A stretch of 57,942 nucleotides of DNA from an uncultured Eubacteriales bacterium. GTDB taxonomy: Bacteria > Acidobacteriota > Aminicenantia > Aminicenantales > Aminicenantaceae. Location of the stretch: NCBI GenBank assembly GCA_964606185.1, contig CAZSGR010000001.1, positions 1-57,942 of the forward strand, written 5' to 3'. The position numbers and the translations under genes were made by a program. Numbering within the stretch: the stretch's first letter is position 1; each line of letters starts with the position of its first letter. The notes below the pieces were generated by a model, which made no database searches, was not told where the DNA came from, and saw only the letters and a program-made list of their open reading frames with translations. Shown piece after piece: positions 1-9,902 of this stretch.

Positions 1-96
1 GGGGACAGGCCCCTTTTTTCAAGGATTGTCCCTTTTATTCCTCATACAAAAAAAGAATAGAGCCAGGCCTTCTTCTTAAAAAAGGGGCCTGTCCCC
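1..96. repeat. Long-loop inverted repeat with 19-bp perfect arms (may extend left of the window edge)
   Basis: 1-19 GGGGACAGGCCCCTTTTTT is the exact reverse complement of 78-96 AAAAAAGGGGCCTGTCCCC; 58-nt spacer; intergenic, upstream of uvrA. Confidence 0.7.
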
Positions 97-255
97 TTTA
101 TCTAGTATGAATCATCTGCGCGGATTACAACGCAGTATCTGTCCGGTTTAAGAAAATCACTTTTCTACTCCAGGCATTAAGCTTATAATAATAAACTCGA
201 TATCAGAAGCACGACGACACACATAAAAACTGAAACCGAGTGAAATATTTTCTTT

Positions 256-2967
256 ATGGACAACACAATCATTCTCAGAGGAGTCAGAGTCCACAACCTG
301 AAAAACATCAACCTCGATATTCCTCTGAATAAACTCATCATCGTAACAGGCGTTAGCGGCTCGGGTAAATCCTCCCTGGCGTTCGACACCCTCTACGCGG
401 AGGGACAGCGCCGCTACCTCGAATCCCTCTCTTCCTATGCCCGCCAATTCCTTGAGAGAATGGAAAAGCCTGATGCCGACCTCATCGAAGGCATTACCCC
501 TGCGATTGCCATCCAGCAAAAAGCCGTGACTAAAAATCCGCGCTCGACTGTGGCCACAGTCACCGAGGTCTATGATTTTTTAAGAGTCCTTTTTGCCCGG
601 ATCGGCACGATTCACTGCCTCGAGTGCGGTAAACCTGTGAAAAAAGATACGATTGATGCCATCGTCGACAGACTCTACAAGCTCCCTCCTCAGACAAAAA
701 TTCAAATCTCCTTCTCCTGGCCTTTGGAAAAAGGCCTGGGCTCCCTCAGAAAAGGCGGTTTCTTCAGGGTAATCCAAGAAGATAAAGTTCGCCACATCGA
801 CGAAGTAAAGCTCGAAAAGACAGAAAAAATCGATGTTTTTGTCGATAAGATGACTTTAAACAAGGAGGATAGAGAACGGCTGGTGGATTCCCTCGAAATT
901 GGCTTGCGAGAAGGAAACGGAAAAATCAGGGTCCGAACAGAAACAAACAAGGAATTTGTCTTCTCTGACAGACTCGAATGCAAGGCTTGTGAAATCCTTT
1001 ATGAGGAGCCTTTCCCCAACCTTTTTTCCTTCAACAGCCCCCAGGGCGCATGTCCTGTTTGTCTCGGATTCGGCGACTTAGCCGTTTTGGACGAGGATAA
1101 AATCATTCCTGACAAAAACAAATCTCTTGAAGAAGGTGCCGTCGTGCCCTGGACAAAGCCAGTCTCGCGCCGGCTGATGAGGAAGTTGATCATCGAAGCA
1201 CAGAGTCGGGGAATACCCACAGATATTCCCTTCAAAGATATGAAAGACGAATGGAAAAAGTTTGTTTTTGAAGGAGAAGGCCGCTACAGAGGAGTCAATG
1301 GCTTCTTCAAGAGACTCCAGAGAAAAAAATACAAAATCCAGGTGAGAGTTTTCCTGAGCCGGTACCGGAAATACATCCCTTGCCCTGATTGCCAGCAAAT
1401 GCGCCTTAATCCTCAAGCCCTGAATGTCAAAGTCGAGGGCCTTTCAATCGGCCAGGTCACCCAAATGACGGTTCAGAAAGCTTTTGGCTTTTTCAATACG
1501 CTCAAGCTCACTCCTTTTCAAAAACAGGTCGCAGAAAAACTCATCGATGAAATCCAGAACAGATTGAAATTCTTGCTCGAAGTTGGCCTGGACTATATCA
1601 CTCTGGACCGAATGACGTTCACCTTAAGCGGAGGCGAAGCCCAGAGGATTAACCTGGCTGCCGCCTTGAGCGCGTCACTCGTTGGCACTCTATTTGTCCT
1701 GGATGAGCCGAGTATCGGCCTCCATGCACGGGATAATCGTCGTCTCGTGGAAATCCTTAAATCTCTGAAGGATATCGGGAACACTGTTATGGTAGTCGAG
1801 CACGACCCTGAAATCATAAAATCTGCTGAATATATGATCGACCTAGGGCCGCGGGCTGGGGAGGCTGGAGGAAAAATAATATTTGATGGGCCCATAGATC
1901 AATTTCTCAGAAGCCATGAATCTCTGACTGCCCAATACTTGAGGAGCGAAAAAAGGATAAGAATACCAGAAACACGCAGGTTTTCTGCCGATTTTATCGA
2001 GATCAAAGATGCGCATAAGCACAACCTCAAACATCTGGATGTAAAAATCCCCTTGAACATCTTCACCTGCACCACAGGCGTTTCTGGCTCAGGGAAAAGC
2101 ACTCTGCTCTATGATGTTCTCTACCAGGGATGGCGAGGAGAAGCCAGGGATGGATTTCGAGAAATAAAAGGAAAAGGACAGATCGATAAAATCATCATGG
2201 TCGACCAGTCCCCCATCAGCATATCGCCCCGTTCCATCCCAGCCACTTACACCAAAGCCATGGATGAAATCAGAGCGGTTTTCAGTCAGACACGAGAGGC
2301 AAAAGCTCTGGGAATGAAGCCCGGATTCTTCTCCTTCAACACTCCCGGAGGAAGATGTGAAGACTGCAAAGGAGCAGGCCAGCTCATCATCGAAATGCAG
2401 TTTCTCTCGGATGTGGTGCTCACCTGTGAAGCCTGCAAAGGAAAAAGGTTCAAAAGCGAAATCCTCGAGATCAAATACAATGGTAAAACAATCGATCAAG
2501 TTCTGCAAATGAGCGTCTCTGAGGCCTACGAGTTTTTCTCAGAGCACCCGAAAATCAGGAGAAAATTGACTCCGCTCGCAGAAGTGGGATTAGGATACCT
2601 GAAATTGGGGCAGCCCACCACAACCCTATCCGGAGGAGAACTACAAAGGATCAAACTCGCCCATCATCTTATCCACCAAAGGGATAAGAGAATTCTCTAT
2701 CTTTTCGACGAGCCCACTATCGGTCTTCATCCGGACGACGTGTCTGTACTCCTCAACTCTTTTCAAAAGCTGGTGAATGAGGGACACACTGTTGTGGTCA
2801 TCGAACACAACCTGGATATGATCAAATGCGCCGATCATATTATCGATTTAGGGCCTGAAGGGGGAGAGAGAGGGGGTCGAATAATCGCTCAAGGACCTCC
2901 TGAAGAAATCGTCAAATCCAAAAAATCACACACCGGTCTCTACCTGAAAAAATATCTTGCTCAATAA
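256..2967 (+). CDS. uvrA: Excinuclease ABC subunit A (UvrA)
   Basis: 903-aa ORF. N-terminus [18 protein letters not shown]. Two ABC halves with Walker [10 protein letters not shown] / GVSGSGKST and signatures LSGGEAQR / LSGGELQR. Zn-module cysteines CLEC(121-124), CKAC(242-245), CPVC(266-269), CEDC..CEAC. Confidence 0.92.
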   Translation: MDNTIILRGVRVHNLKNINLDIPLNKLIIVTGVSGSGKSSLAFDTLYAEGQRRYLESLSSYARQFLERMEKPDADLIEGITPAIAIQQKAVTKNPRSTVATVTEVYDFLRVLFARIGTIHCLECGKPVKKDTIDAIVDRLYKLPPQTKIQISFSWPLEKGLGSLRKGGFFRVIQEDKVRHIDEVKLEKTEKIDVFVDKMTLNKEDRERLVDSLEIGLREGNGKIRVRTETNKEFVFSDRLECKACEILYEEPFPNLFSFNSPQGACPVCLGFGDLAVLDEDKIIPDKNKSLEEGAVVPWTKPVSRRLMRKLIIEAQSRGIPTDIPFKDMKDEWKKFVFEGEGRYRGVNGFFKRLQRKKYKIQVRVFLSRYRKYIPCPDCQQMRLNPQALNVKVEGLSIGQVTQMTVQKAFGFFNTLKLTPFQKQVAEKLIDEIQNRLKFLLEVGLDYITLDRMTFTLSGGEAQRINLAAALSASLVGTLFVLDEPSIGLHARDNRRLVEILKSLKDIGNTVMVVEHDPEIIKSAEYMIDLGPRAGEAGGKIIFDGPIDQFLRSHESLTAQYLRSEKRIRIPETRRFSADFIEIKDAHKHNLKHLDVKIPLNIFTCTTGVSGSGKSTLLYDVLYQGWRGEARDGFREIKGKGQIDKIIMVDQSPISISPRSIPATYTKAMDEIRAVFSQTREAKALGMKPGFFSFNTPGGRCEDCKGAGQLIIEMQFLSDVVLTCEACKGKRFKSEILEIKYNGKTIDQVLQMSVSEAYEFFSEHPKIRRKLTPLAEVGLGYLKLGQPTTTLSGGELQRIKLAHHLIHQRDKRILYLFDEPTIGLHPDDVSVLLNSFQKLVNEGHTVVVIEHNLDMIKCADHIIDLGPEGGERGGRIIAQGPPEEIVKSKKSHTGLYLKKYLAQ

Positions 2968-3129
2968 ATAAGATTTTCACATTTGGCAACTGCTTGAGCG
3001 AAAAAAGGGGGTCTATTGGATTGAATCCCATCCAATTGAACACAAAGCGCTAGGAGCAAGATGGGCTCACGTCACAATATCTCTAGGGAATCAAGAATAT
3101 TTGAATGGAAGGGACTTTTGCCTTAGAGC

Positions 3130-4032
3130 TTACTTTCTATCGGTATTCCTGTAATGATTAAGTCCTTTATCCGTGATCTTTAACCAGACTTTGTAACCGG
3201 AGGGCTTCTCAAGTACAATATAGTTTAGTTTTTCAAGTTTCTTGATATCTTGATCAAAGTCTTCTTTTTCTCTATCTGAGAATGCCATCTTGAAGATCTT
3301 GTGCATCGCATCTTCCTGGTATGTCTTATCGGGTTCATCAGCGATAGCAGACAAAATAAAATACTGTTCGCTTGTGAGTTTTGATGGCTTTTCTTTTTTT
3401 GCCGATTTTTTCGGCACTTTTTTGGGTTCTTCTTCTGGCTCTTCTTTTTCTGCTTGAATTTCTTTCTCGATCGGAGCCTCTAATTCCGGTTCCAATGCCG
3501 GTTCAGCCTGAATATCTTCCTCTGTCGGAATTTCTTTCACAACTTCTTGGACCTCCTCCACCTGCACTTTTGGCTCTACCAGGACCTCCTTTTCAGCTCT
3601 GAATTCTTCCTCAACCTCTTCAACCTTCACCGCCTTCTCTGCCTCTATTTTTTTCTCTATTCGAGCCCTGGCTTTTGCTTCAGCCTCCAGTTCGGCCTCC
3701 GCCTCTTTTTCAATCTTCATCTCCTCCATTGCCTCGATCTTTTTCTTGAGCTGTTCTTCTTGTTCAGCTCGGAATTTTTCCACTTTCTTGATTTCCTTAT
3801 TGGCAAAGGCCCTTATAGCCTCTTTCTCCCGGTCCAATTCGTCCTGTTTCTTCTTGATATCTTTATCATACTTTTTTAAAGGATCACTGATGACTCTTTT
3901 GACTTTTTTGTGAGTGAAAAGCATCCAGACATAAATAATTAAGAACAGACCCAGGAAAATAAAATCAAGAATATTTAGACCACCCAGAAAATTAATCACA
4001 CCTCTCAATAGACCGGATATTGAATCAATCAT
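3130..4032 (-). CDS. Hypothetical membrane-anchored protein: N-terminal TM helix, long E/K-rich coiled-coil or acidic linker, C-terminal winged-helix-like domain
   Basis: 300-aa ORF spanning the whole interval. Hydrophobic segment ILDFIFLGLFLIIYVWMLF near the N-terminus; about 170 aa of E/K/A-rich sequence; C-terminal ~80 aa (LTSEQYFILSAIADEP...LEKLNYIVLEKPSGYKVWLKITDKGLNHY) has a wHTH-like pattern. AT-rich flanks. Plus-strand ORFs opposite are low-complexity shadows. Confidence 0.6.
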   Translation of the reverse strand: MIDSISGLLRGVINFLGGLNILDFIFLGLFLIIYVWMLFTHKKVKRVISDPLKKYDKDIKKKQDELDREKEAIRAFANKEIKKVEKFRAEQEEQLKKKIEAMEEMKIEKEAEAELEAEAKARARIEKKIEAEKAVKVEEVEEEFRAEKEVLVEPKVQVEEVQEVVKEIPTEEDIQAEPALEPELEAPIEKEIQAEKEEPEEEPKKVPKKSAKKEKPSKLTSEQYFILSAIADEPDKTYQEDAMHKIFKMAFSDREKEDFDQDIKKLEKLNYIVLEKPSGYKVWLKITDKGLNHYRNTDRK

Positions 4033-4347
4033 CTGACTTGTGCGTTATTCCATCCTTTTCATTTATAGTAATTATATATATTTTATCAAAAATGAATCAA
4101 GATGTAATGCAAAATGAGTCTTTCCCCTCACGTATTCTTTATACAGTATCTATTCTTCATCTTTCAAGAAAAAATTTTCCTTTCAAGAAAACGCCTTGAT
4201 GTTCAACACCCCTTAAAATAAGTTGACTTATACTGCTTACAACGCCTCAATCCCCATCCATCTTTCATGATTATCCGCTTACCCGGCTCAATTCCATTGA
4301 CATATCGCCCTTCCAGTGTTATATCTCTCTTGAAAAAAGCACCTAAG

Positions 4348-5763
4348 ATGGAGACTTTCGGCTGGCTTTCCATTCTTCCTCCCCTTTTCGCAATCATTCT
4401 CGCTATCCGGACAAAACATGTTTATATCTCTCTTCTTCTTGGCATATGGTTGGGATGGACCATCATCCATTCCTGGAATCCAATCCAGGGCCTCATTCAG
4501 ACAGTTAATTCTCTCATCGACGTGTTCAAGGACGCGGACAACACGCGGGTCATCCTTTTCAGCGCCATGATAGGAGCGATAATTACTTTTACGCAGTACT
4601 CGGGAGGAATGAACGGCTTTGTCAACTGGGTCAGCGGTAAAGGATTGGTCCGGACAAGAAAAAGGGGAGGTCTGCTGGCCTGGTTCCTGGGATTTATTAT
4701 TTTTATAGAATCCAGCATTTGCGTGCTTGTCTCTGGAGCCGTCGCCAGGCCCATTTTCGATAAGCTCAAAATATCCCGTGAAAAGCTCAGCTACATCCTC
4801 GACTCGACATCTGCGCCAAAGTGTATCCTTATCCCCCTCAATGCGTGGGGGGCTTTCGTTATCGGACTGCTCGGCAAACAAAATGTCGAACAGCCCGTTA
4901 AATACCTCCTGGCATCTATTCCTTTTAATTTTTATGCTGTCTTCGCTCTGCTCCTTGTTCTCACAGTTGTCCTCAGAGAAAAGGACTTCGGGCCCATGAA
5001 GAAAGCGGAACATAGAGTCAGAGTCGAAAATAAGCTCCTTCGGGATGGAGCTGAACCTTTAGTTTCGACTGAAGTCGTATCCATGGAGGCCAAGAAAGGG
5101 GTTCCCCCCCGGGCGATAAACATGATCCTCCCGGTTGTGACCATGGTGGTCACTATGCCCATCGTTCTACTCATCACAGGAAAAGGAAATTTGATGAAAG
5201 GTTCCGGTTCGGTCTCTGTTCTCTGGGCTGTCATCTTGGGACTTGTCGCAGGCGCTATTGCCTACCGGGTCCAGAAAATAATGAAAGTCAAAGAAATCAC
5301 AGATGTCTTCATGAAGGGAGTCGGAGGGCTCATTCCTGTGGCCATCTTGATGATGCTGGCTTTTTCCATCGGCGATACCTGCGATGCTCTGGGCACTGGA
5401 CCATTTGTTGCTCAAGCCGCCAAATCCACTCTCAATCCTGGGCTCATACCTGTTGTTGTGTTCATCATCTCCTGCTTCATCGCTTTCTCCACCGGGACCT
5501 CCTGGGGGACTTTTGCCATCATGATTCCCATCGCTGTTCCCATGATCAATATTATCGGGCTTCATCCGGGTTTAATCATAGCCGCTGTTCTTGGTGGCGG
5601 AGTGTTCGGAGATCACTGCTCGCCGATATCCGATACGACCATCATCTCTTCCATGGCGGCAGCCACTGACCATATCGATCATGTGAGAACCCAGCTTCCC
5701 TATGCGTTTACAGCGGCAGGCTTCGCTGTTCTTCTCTATCTTATCTTCGGTTTCGCCTTATGA
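4348..5763 (+). CDS. NhaC-family Na+/H+ antiporter-like membrane transporter
   Basis: Polytopic membrane protein. N-terminus METFGWLSILPPLFAIILAIRTKHVYISLLLGIWLG matches the typical NhaC-family start. ATG at 4348 is preferred over the upstream in-frame ATG at 4267, whose 27 extra residues are not hydrophobic. Confidence 0.72.
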   Translation: METFGWLSILPPLFAIILAIRTKHVYISLLLGIWLGWTIIHSWNPIQGLIQTVNSLIDVFKDADNTRVILFSAMIGAIITFTQYSGGMNGFVNWVSGKGLVRTRKRGGLLAWFLGFIIFIESSICVLVSGAVARPIFDKLKISREKLSYILDSTSAPKCILIPLNAWGAFVIGLLGKQNVEQPVKYLLASIPFNFYAVFALLLVLTVVLREKDFGPMKKAEHRVRVENKLLRDGAEPLVSTEVVSMEAKKGVPPRAINMILPVVTMVVTMPIVLLITGKGNLMKGSGSVSVLWAVILGLVAGAIAYRVQKIMKVKEITDVFMKGVGGLIPVAILMMLAFSIGDTCDALGTGPFVAQAAKSTLNPGLIPVVVFIISCFIAFSTGTSWGTFAIMIPIAVPMINIIGLHPGLIIAAVLGGGVFGDHCSPISDTTIISSMAAATDHIDHVRTQLPYAFTAAGFAVLLYLIFGFAL

Positions 5764-5789
5764 ATTAGACTTCTGAGGAGGGGTATTTC

Positions 5790-6518
5790 ATGAAAAAAGG
5801 TGCTGGTGACTTTTTCCAGAAAGAAACACAATACATCAGAGGAAAAATCGGGGGTGGCCCTCTTCTCTGGCATGCCAAGCCCGAGACGTATAAACACTAT
5901 CCTGAAGCGCCAAAGTATAAACTGGGAGTCCCTCAAAAAAATGGGGGGATGCCTCTCTGGGAAGCGATAAACCTTCGCCACAGCATCCGGAACTTCAAGA
6001 ATCAGCCCTTGAAAAAAGACATTTTTTCCCAACTCCTCTGGGCAACCCAGGGCATCACGCATGAATCCATGGGATTCGAATTTCGGGCCGCTCCATCCGC
6101 AGGAGCCCTTTATCCTGTCGAGACCTATCTTGTCATCCACAATGTCGAAGAAATCGAATCCGGGATTTACCATTACGGAGTGCAGAATCATGAGCTCGAG
6201 CAGCTAAAAAAAGGTGATTTTCGAGAAGCGGTTGCTCAAGCTGCACTCGACCAGGACATGGCCTACTCAGCCAGCGTCATGTTCATCTGGACCGCTGTGT
6301 TTCAGCGTTCAAAGTGGAAATACGAGCAGAGGGCCTATCGCTACATCTATCTCGATGCCGGCCATATCGCCCAAAATCTCGCTCTGGCCGCGGTTTCCTT
6401 TGAGCTGGGAACGTGCCAGATCGGAGCCCTTTACGACGAAGAAGTGAACTCACTGATCGGTATTGACGGCGAAGAGGAGAGCGTCGTTTACCTGAGCGCT
6501 GTCGGCCAGCCGTGGTAG
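5790..6518 (+). CDS. SagB/ThcOx-type nitroreductase-family dehydrogenase
   Basis: 242 aa. N-terminal FFQKETQYIRGK...KPETYKHYP, RHSIRNF, PSAGALYPVETYL and YIYLDAGHIAQNLALAA motifs typical of the SagB-type nitroreductase fold. GGAGGGG RBS 8 nt upstream. Confidence 0.72.
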   Translation: MKKGAGDFFQKETQYIRGKIGGGPLLWHAKPETYKHYPEAPKYKLGVPQKNGGMPLWEAINLRHSIRNFKNQPLKKDIFSQLLWATQGITHESMGFEFRAAPSAGALYPVETYLVIHNVEEIESGIYHYGVQNHELEQLKKGDFREAVAQAALDQDMAYSASVMFIWTAVFQRSKWKYEQRAYRYIYLDAGHIAQNLALAAVSFELGTCQIGALYDEEVNSLIGIDGEEESVVYLSAVGQPW

Positions 6519-6525
6519 AAAAGTG

Positions 6526-6627
6526 ATGCTCGAAAAACTCATCCAGCACATGCGCACATTCAAGAAAGTCTGGTTTGCCACCCACGAAGATATTGCCCGA
6601 TACATCAAGAAGAATTCAAACAGCTAA
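6526..6627 (+). pseudogene. 33-codon remnant resembling the C-terminus of a polysaccharide deacetylase / PuuE-like family protein
   Basis: ATG..TAA frame encodes MLEKLIQHMRTFKKVWFATHEDIARYIKKNSNS. The VWFAT(H/R)E(D/E)IAR(Y/H) pattern is the usual C-terminal end of that family. No upstream continuation in any frame. Confidence 0.35.
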
Positions 6628-6649
6628 CTCACTGGAAGAATCATCCCAC

Positions 6650-8356
6650 TTATTTATTTTGTCTAACAAAGCGAATGTTCTTGACTCGGCCGGCATTCAC
6701 AGTGAATGATTCCACTTCATTCTCCTCATTACGGAAAAATTGTATCTGCATACCGGAGATCATGAAATTATCTCTCAGCGTTGGCTCCAAAGGACTGTCT
6801 GGATAGTCTTTATACGGATTCTCATGAACAAGAAAGAGCTTCTCGCCTTTTAGCTTGAGTCTATAAGCAACCTGAAGCTCATCACTGGTATACTCCCCGA
6901 CAAGCTCCTCCAATTCCTCTGCCGTTGGAGAAACGAGAACGACGGGCTCCATCATGTAAGGATCCCTCCCTTCTCTCTTGACTCGAATGATCATCGGCTT
7001 TTTCCTGGTTTTTTTGTCGAATTCAATTTCTAGTTTCATGCGCTCATCGATTGAAAGAAATTTCCTTTGACTCACGGGTGAAATGGAAAAACGATACGAA
7101 AATGTATACACTTCCAGCTGCCCTTTTTTCAGTGAAATCTTCCAAATACTGCCTGTTTGTGGATTTCGAAAAGCACCGGTTTTTTCTTTGAGCTCGGCCT
7201 CAGAAAGCCTTATGAAACGAGGTTTGGTGGGAGGTTTTATTTCTGTCTTATCTTCTTTAAATTGGTCAGCCAGATATACATCCGCCACTTTTCTGGCGAG
7301 CTGGCTCGGGTTGATTCGGCTCAAGTTGGCCAGGCAGATCACAGAAAACTTTTGTTCGGGAAAACGAATCATATCCGCCCGAAAACCCACAAACGCTCCA
7401 CCATGGCTGATCATCCTCAAACCCTTATAGTCTCCAATACCCAGACCGAAAGCGTAGTCAAGTTTCTCCCCATTGTTTAACTTTCCAGGAGTAAGGATCC
7501 TATCGATCAACTCCTGTCCTCCTTTTCCCAATTGATTGTTATAGAAATTTTGATCCCACAAGAGGAGATCATCTACACAGGTGAAGACGCCTCCATCTCC
7601 GATCATGCCCAGAGTCGTCATGCTAATCCTGAATCCTCCGTCTCTTAGAGGAGCATAGCCCGAGGCCCTGTTTTTCACAATCATGGTGTGATTGTCGTGA
7701 AAATGAGTATTCTTCATGCCGAGAGGCTTGAATATGTATTCCTCAGCAAAAACTCCCATGGATTTCCCCGTCACTCTTTTCACGATCTCCGATAAAAGGA
7801 AATACCCAGAATTGCTGTAGAGAAACTCTTCCCCCGGATTGAAGTTGAGTTCCTTCTGCCTGGCTATGAGGGCGACCACTTCAGAATCTATGAAAAAATC
7901 ATCATTCCGTTCGCCCGCGATTCTCCAGAGGGTCAAATAATCCCGGATTCCACTCGTGTGATGGACGAGGTGCCGAATTTTGATACCGTTGGCATACTCG
8001 GGCATCTCCGGGAAATATTTCCTTATGCTATCATCCATTGAAATCTTCCCTTGCTCCTCGAGAAGGGCAATACACATGGCTGTAAACTGCTTGGAGGTCG
8101 AACCGATGCGGAAAACTGCCCGAGAAGTAAGGGGAATGTTGTACTCCAGGTTAGCCATGCCGTATCCGCGTTTGTAAATGAATCGGCCGTCCTTGATTAC
8201 TCCCAGGGCACAACCTGGAGAATCTGGCTTATCCCAAGTCTTGAAGAGTTTATCAACCTGATCCGTGAATGTATCCGTCTTCGCCGTTGAACACAAAAAA
8301 ACAATGATTATTGCTGTGAGTAAAACGCACTTAATCCTGAATTTCCTTGAATCCAT
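6650..8356 (-). CDS. Exported serine hydrolase of the beta-lactamase/PBP (class C-like esterase) family with extra C-terminal domain
   Basis: 568 aa. Signal peptide MDSRKFRIKCVLLTAIIIVFLCSTAKT. SxxK (GSTSKQF), YxN (YSNSGY) and HGG (ISHGGAF) catalytic motifs. About 200-aa C-terminal extension. Confidence 0.85.
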   Translation of the reverse strand: MDSRKFRIKCVLLTAIIIVFLCSTAKTDTFTDQVDKLFKTWDKPDSPGCALGVIKDGRFIYKRGYGMANLEYNIPLTSRAVFRIGSTSKQFTAMCIALLEEQGKISMDDSIRKYFPEMPEYANGIKIRHLVHHTSGIRDYLTLWRIAGERNDDFFIDSEVVALIARQKELNFNPGEEFLYSNSGYFLLSEIVKRVTGKSMGVFAEEYIFKPLGMKNTHFHDNHTMIVKNRASGYAPLRDGGFRISMTTLGMIGDGGVFTCVDDLLLWDQNFYNNQLGKGGQELIDRILTPGKLNNGEKLDYAFGLGIGDYKGLRMISHGGAFVGFRADMIRFPEQKFSVICLANLSRINPSQLARKVADVYLADQFKEDKTEIKPPTKPRFIRLSEAELKEKTGAFRNPQTGSIWKISLKKGQLEVYTFSYRFSISPVSQRKFLSIDERMKLEIEFDKKTRKKPMIIRVKREGRDPYMMEPVVLVSPTAEELEELVGEYTSDELQVAYRLKLKGEKLFLVHENPYKDYPDSPLEPTLRDNFMISGMQIQFFRNEENEVESFTVNAGRVKNIRFVRQNK

Positions 8357-8374
8357 AGAAACCTCCTTTTGAGG

Positions 8375-9472
8375 TTATTCTTCGGCAGGTTTTTCTGCGG
8401 CTTTCTCGCTTGGTTTTTCCTCAGTTTTTTCTTGAGCCTTTTCTGAGGCTTTCTCCGCAGGAAGAAGCCCGACCTCCCTTCGAATTTCGGTATCTAATTG
8501 AGCCGCCAACTCTTTATTCTCTATGAGGAGCTTTTTGACATTTTCTCTGCCCTGTCCCAACCGCTCTCCTTTATACGAATACCAGGTTCCGGTTTTTTCA
8601 ACAATTCCAGTGTCCAATCCGCAGTCAACCAAATCGCCTTCCTTCGATATCCCCTCTCCGTAGATGATGTCAAATTGAGACAGCCTGAAAGGTGGAGCCA
8701 TCTTATTTTTGACAACCTTCACCTTCACCCTGTTGCCGATGACTTTATCGCCTTCCTTTAAGGTGGCCAATCTCCTGATATCGATTCTCATCGAAGAGTA
8801 AAACTTCAGGGCTCTTCCTCCTGTTGTTGTTTCCGGGCTTCCCAGGAAAAATCCAATCTTTTCTCTGATCTGGTTCACGAATATAAAGCACGTCTTCGAC
8901 CGGCTGACAATGGCTGTCAGTTTTCGTAGAGCTTGAGACATGAGGCGAGCTTGAAGGCCCATATGGGCATCTCCCATCTCTCCTTCGAGCTCTGCCTTGG
9001 GCACTAGGGCCGCCACAGAATCCACAGCGATCACATCCACGGCACCGCTGCGAACAAGCATCTCTGCAATCTCCAAAGCCTGCTCACCATAATCTGGTTG
9101 TGATATGAGGAGATTATCCACATCCACTCCCACACTGCCTGCATACACAGGATCCAAAGCGTGCTCGGCATCGATAAAAGCAGCCTGACCGCCCTGTTTC
9201 TGGGCTTCTGCGATGACATGAAGAACCAAGGTTGTTTTACCTGTAGCTTCAGGACCAAAAACCTCAACAACTCGTCCTCTGGGAAAACCCCCGATCCCCA
9301 GGCTTAAATCGAAAGCGATGGAGCCAGTGGGAATGGCAGGCACTTTAATCGCTGCCTCTTTCTGCCCGAGCTTCATCACCGCTCCCTTGCCGAACTGTTT
9401 CTCTATCTGAGAAACCGCGGCATCGATCGCTCTGTTCTTCGAATCTTGTTTGTTTTCAGTTTCTTGGGTCAT
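8375..9472 (-). CDS. recA: Recombinase RecA
   Basis: 365 aa. [22 protein letters not shown]-type N-terminus, Walker [30 protein letters not shown]. Acidic/lysine-rich C-terminal tail. Confidence 0.97.
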   Translation of the reverse strand: MTQETENKQDSKNRAIDAAVSQIEKQFGKGAVMKLGQKEAAIKVPAIPTGSIAFDLSLGIGGFPRGRVVEVFGPEATGKTTLVLHVIAEAQKQGGQAAFIDAEHALDPVYAGSVGVDVDNLLISQPDYGEQALEIAEMLVRSGAVDVIAVDSVAALVPKAELEGEMGDAHMGLQARLMSQALRKLTAIVSRSKTCFIFVNQIREKIGFFLGSPETTTGGRALKFYSSMRIDIRRLATLKEGDKVIGNRVKVKVVKNKMAPPFRLSQFDIIYGEGISKEGDLVDCGLDTGIVEKTGTWYSYKGERLGQGRENVKKLLIENKELAAQLDTEIRREVGLLPAEKASEKAQEKTEEKPSEKAAEKPAEE

Positions 9473-9654
9473 TTTATCCTCCCCCGGTTCAATGGGTTTC
9501 AGTCAATACTTGGATATACATCTTTTTTCGCTTTTTATTGTAACTCATATCTAAAGATACTTGAATATTTAATTGACAACTCTTCCTGAATTATTCATAA
9601 AATTGGCCGACATCTCAATTACACAACTGTATTTAGAGAAAAATTCACTTTATA

Positions 9655-9874
9655 TCGGCATCTTTCACTCTTCGAGCGAGCAAATCTGACGACCTTTTCT
9701 TAAAAAAATTGTCACCGCGAGCAACTGGATACTGCACGTTTGCATCAAGAAAAGCGTTGTCATTGCGAGCGACCGAAGGGAGAGTGGCAATCTCAACCTT
9801 TTGTTTGGAATAAGATCACCACATTCGATTCTCTCTTCGCAACGACGTTTACGGCAACCTCGACTCGTGAATAA
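9655..9874. repeat. Composite REP-like intergenic repeat, copy A (inverted relative to copy B at 44654-44872)
   Basis: The reverse complement of 9655-9874 aligns end to end with 44654-44872. For example, TTATTCACGAGTCGAGGTTGCC and GTCGTTGCGAAGAGAGAATCGAATGTGGTGAT are identical blocks. Only a central ~45-bp segment diverges. Confidence 0.88.
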
Positions 9875-9902
9875 CCCAGGTCCGCTAATTTAGTTGACTG
9901 AC

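Noticed and set aside
256-2967. UvrA being a class II (UvrA2-like) paralogue lacking the UvrB-binding domain, because it is 903 aa rather than ~940 aa
   Set aside because: The spacing between the Zn-module cysteines that bracket the UvrB-binding domain (C121/C124 to C242/C245) is close to that of canonical class I UvrA. The domain therefore appears to be present.
3381-3879. Plus-strand ORFs opposite the E/K-rich gene
   Set aside because: The Leu/Phe-rich translations are the mirror image of GAA/AAG-rich coding sequence on the minus strand. The minus-strand ORF spans the entire interval and has a TM helix and a structured C-terminal domain.
5790-6518. SagB-type dehydrogenase as a marker of a thiazole/oxazole-modified peptide (TOMM/RiPP) cluster
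   Set aside because: No YcaO/cyclodehydratase, docking protein, precursor peptide or dedicated exporter is adjacent. Neighbours are an antiporter and a gene remnant. Stand-alone SagB-like nitroreductases are common.
6650-8356. Beta-lactamase-family protein as an antibiotic resistance determinant
   Set aside because: SxxK/YxN/HxG motifs with a large extra C-terminal domain are typical of generic esterases and D-aminopeptidase-like hydrolases. There is no mobile context and no class-specific beta-lactamase signatures.
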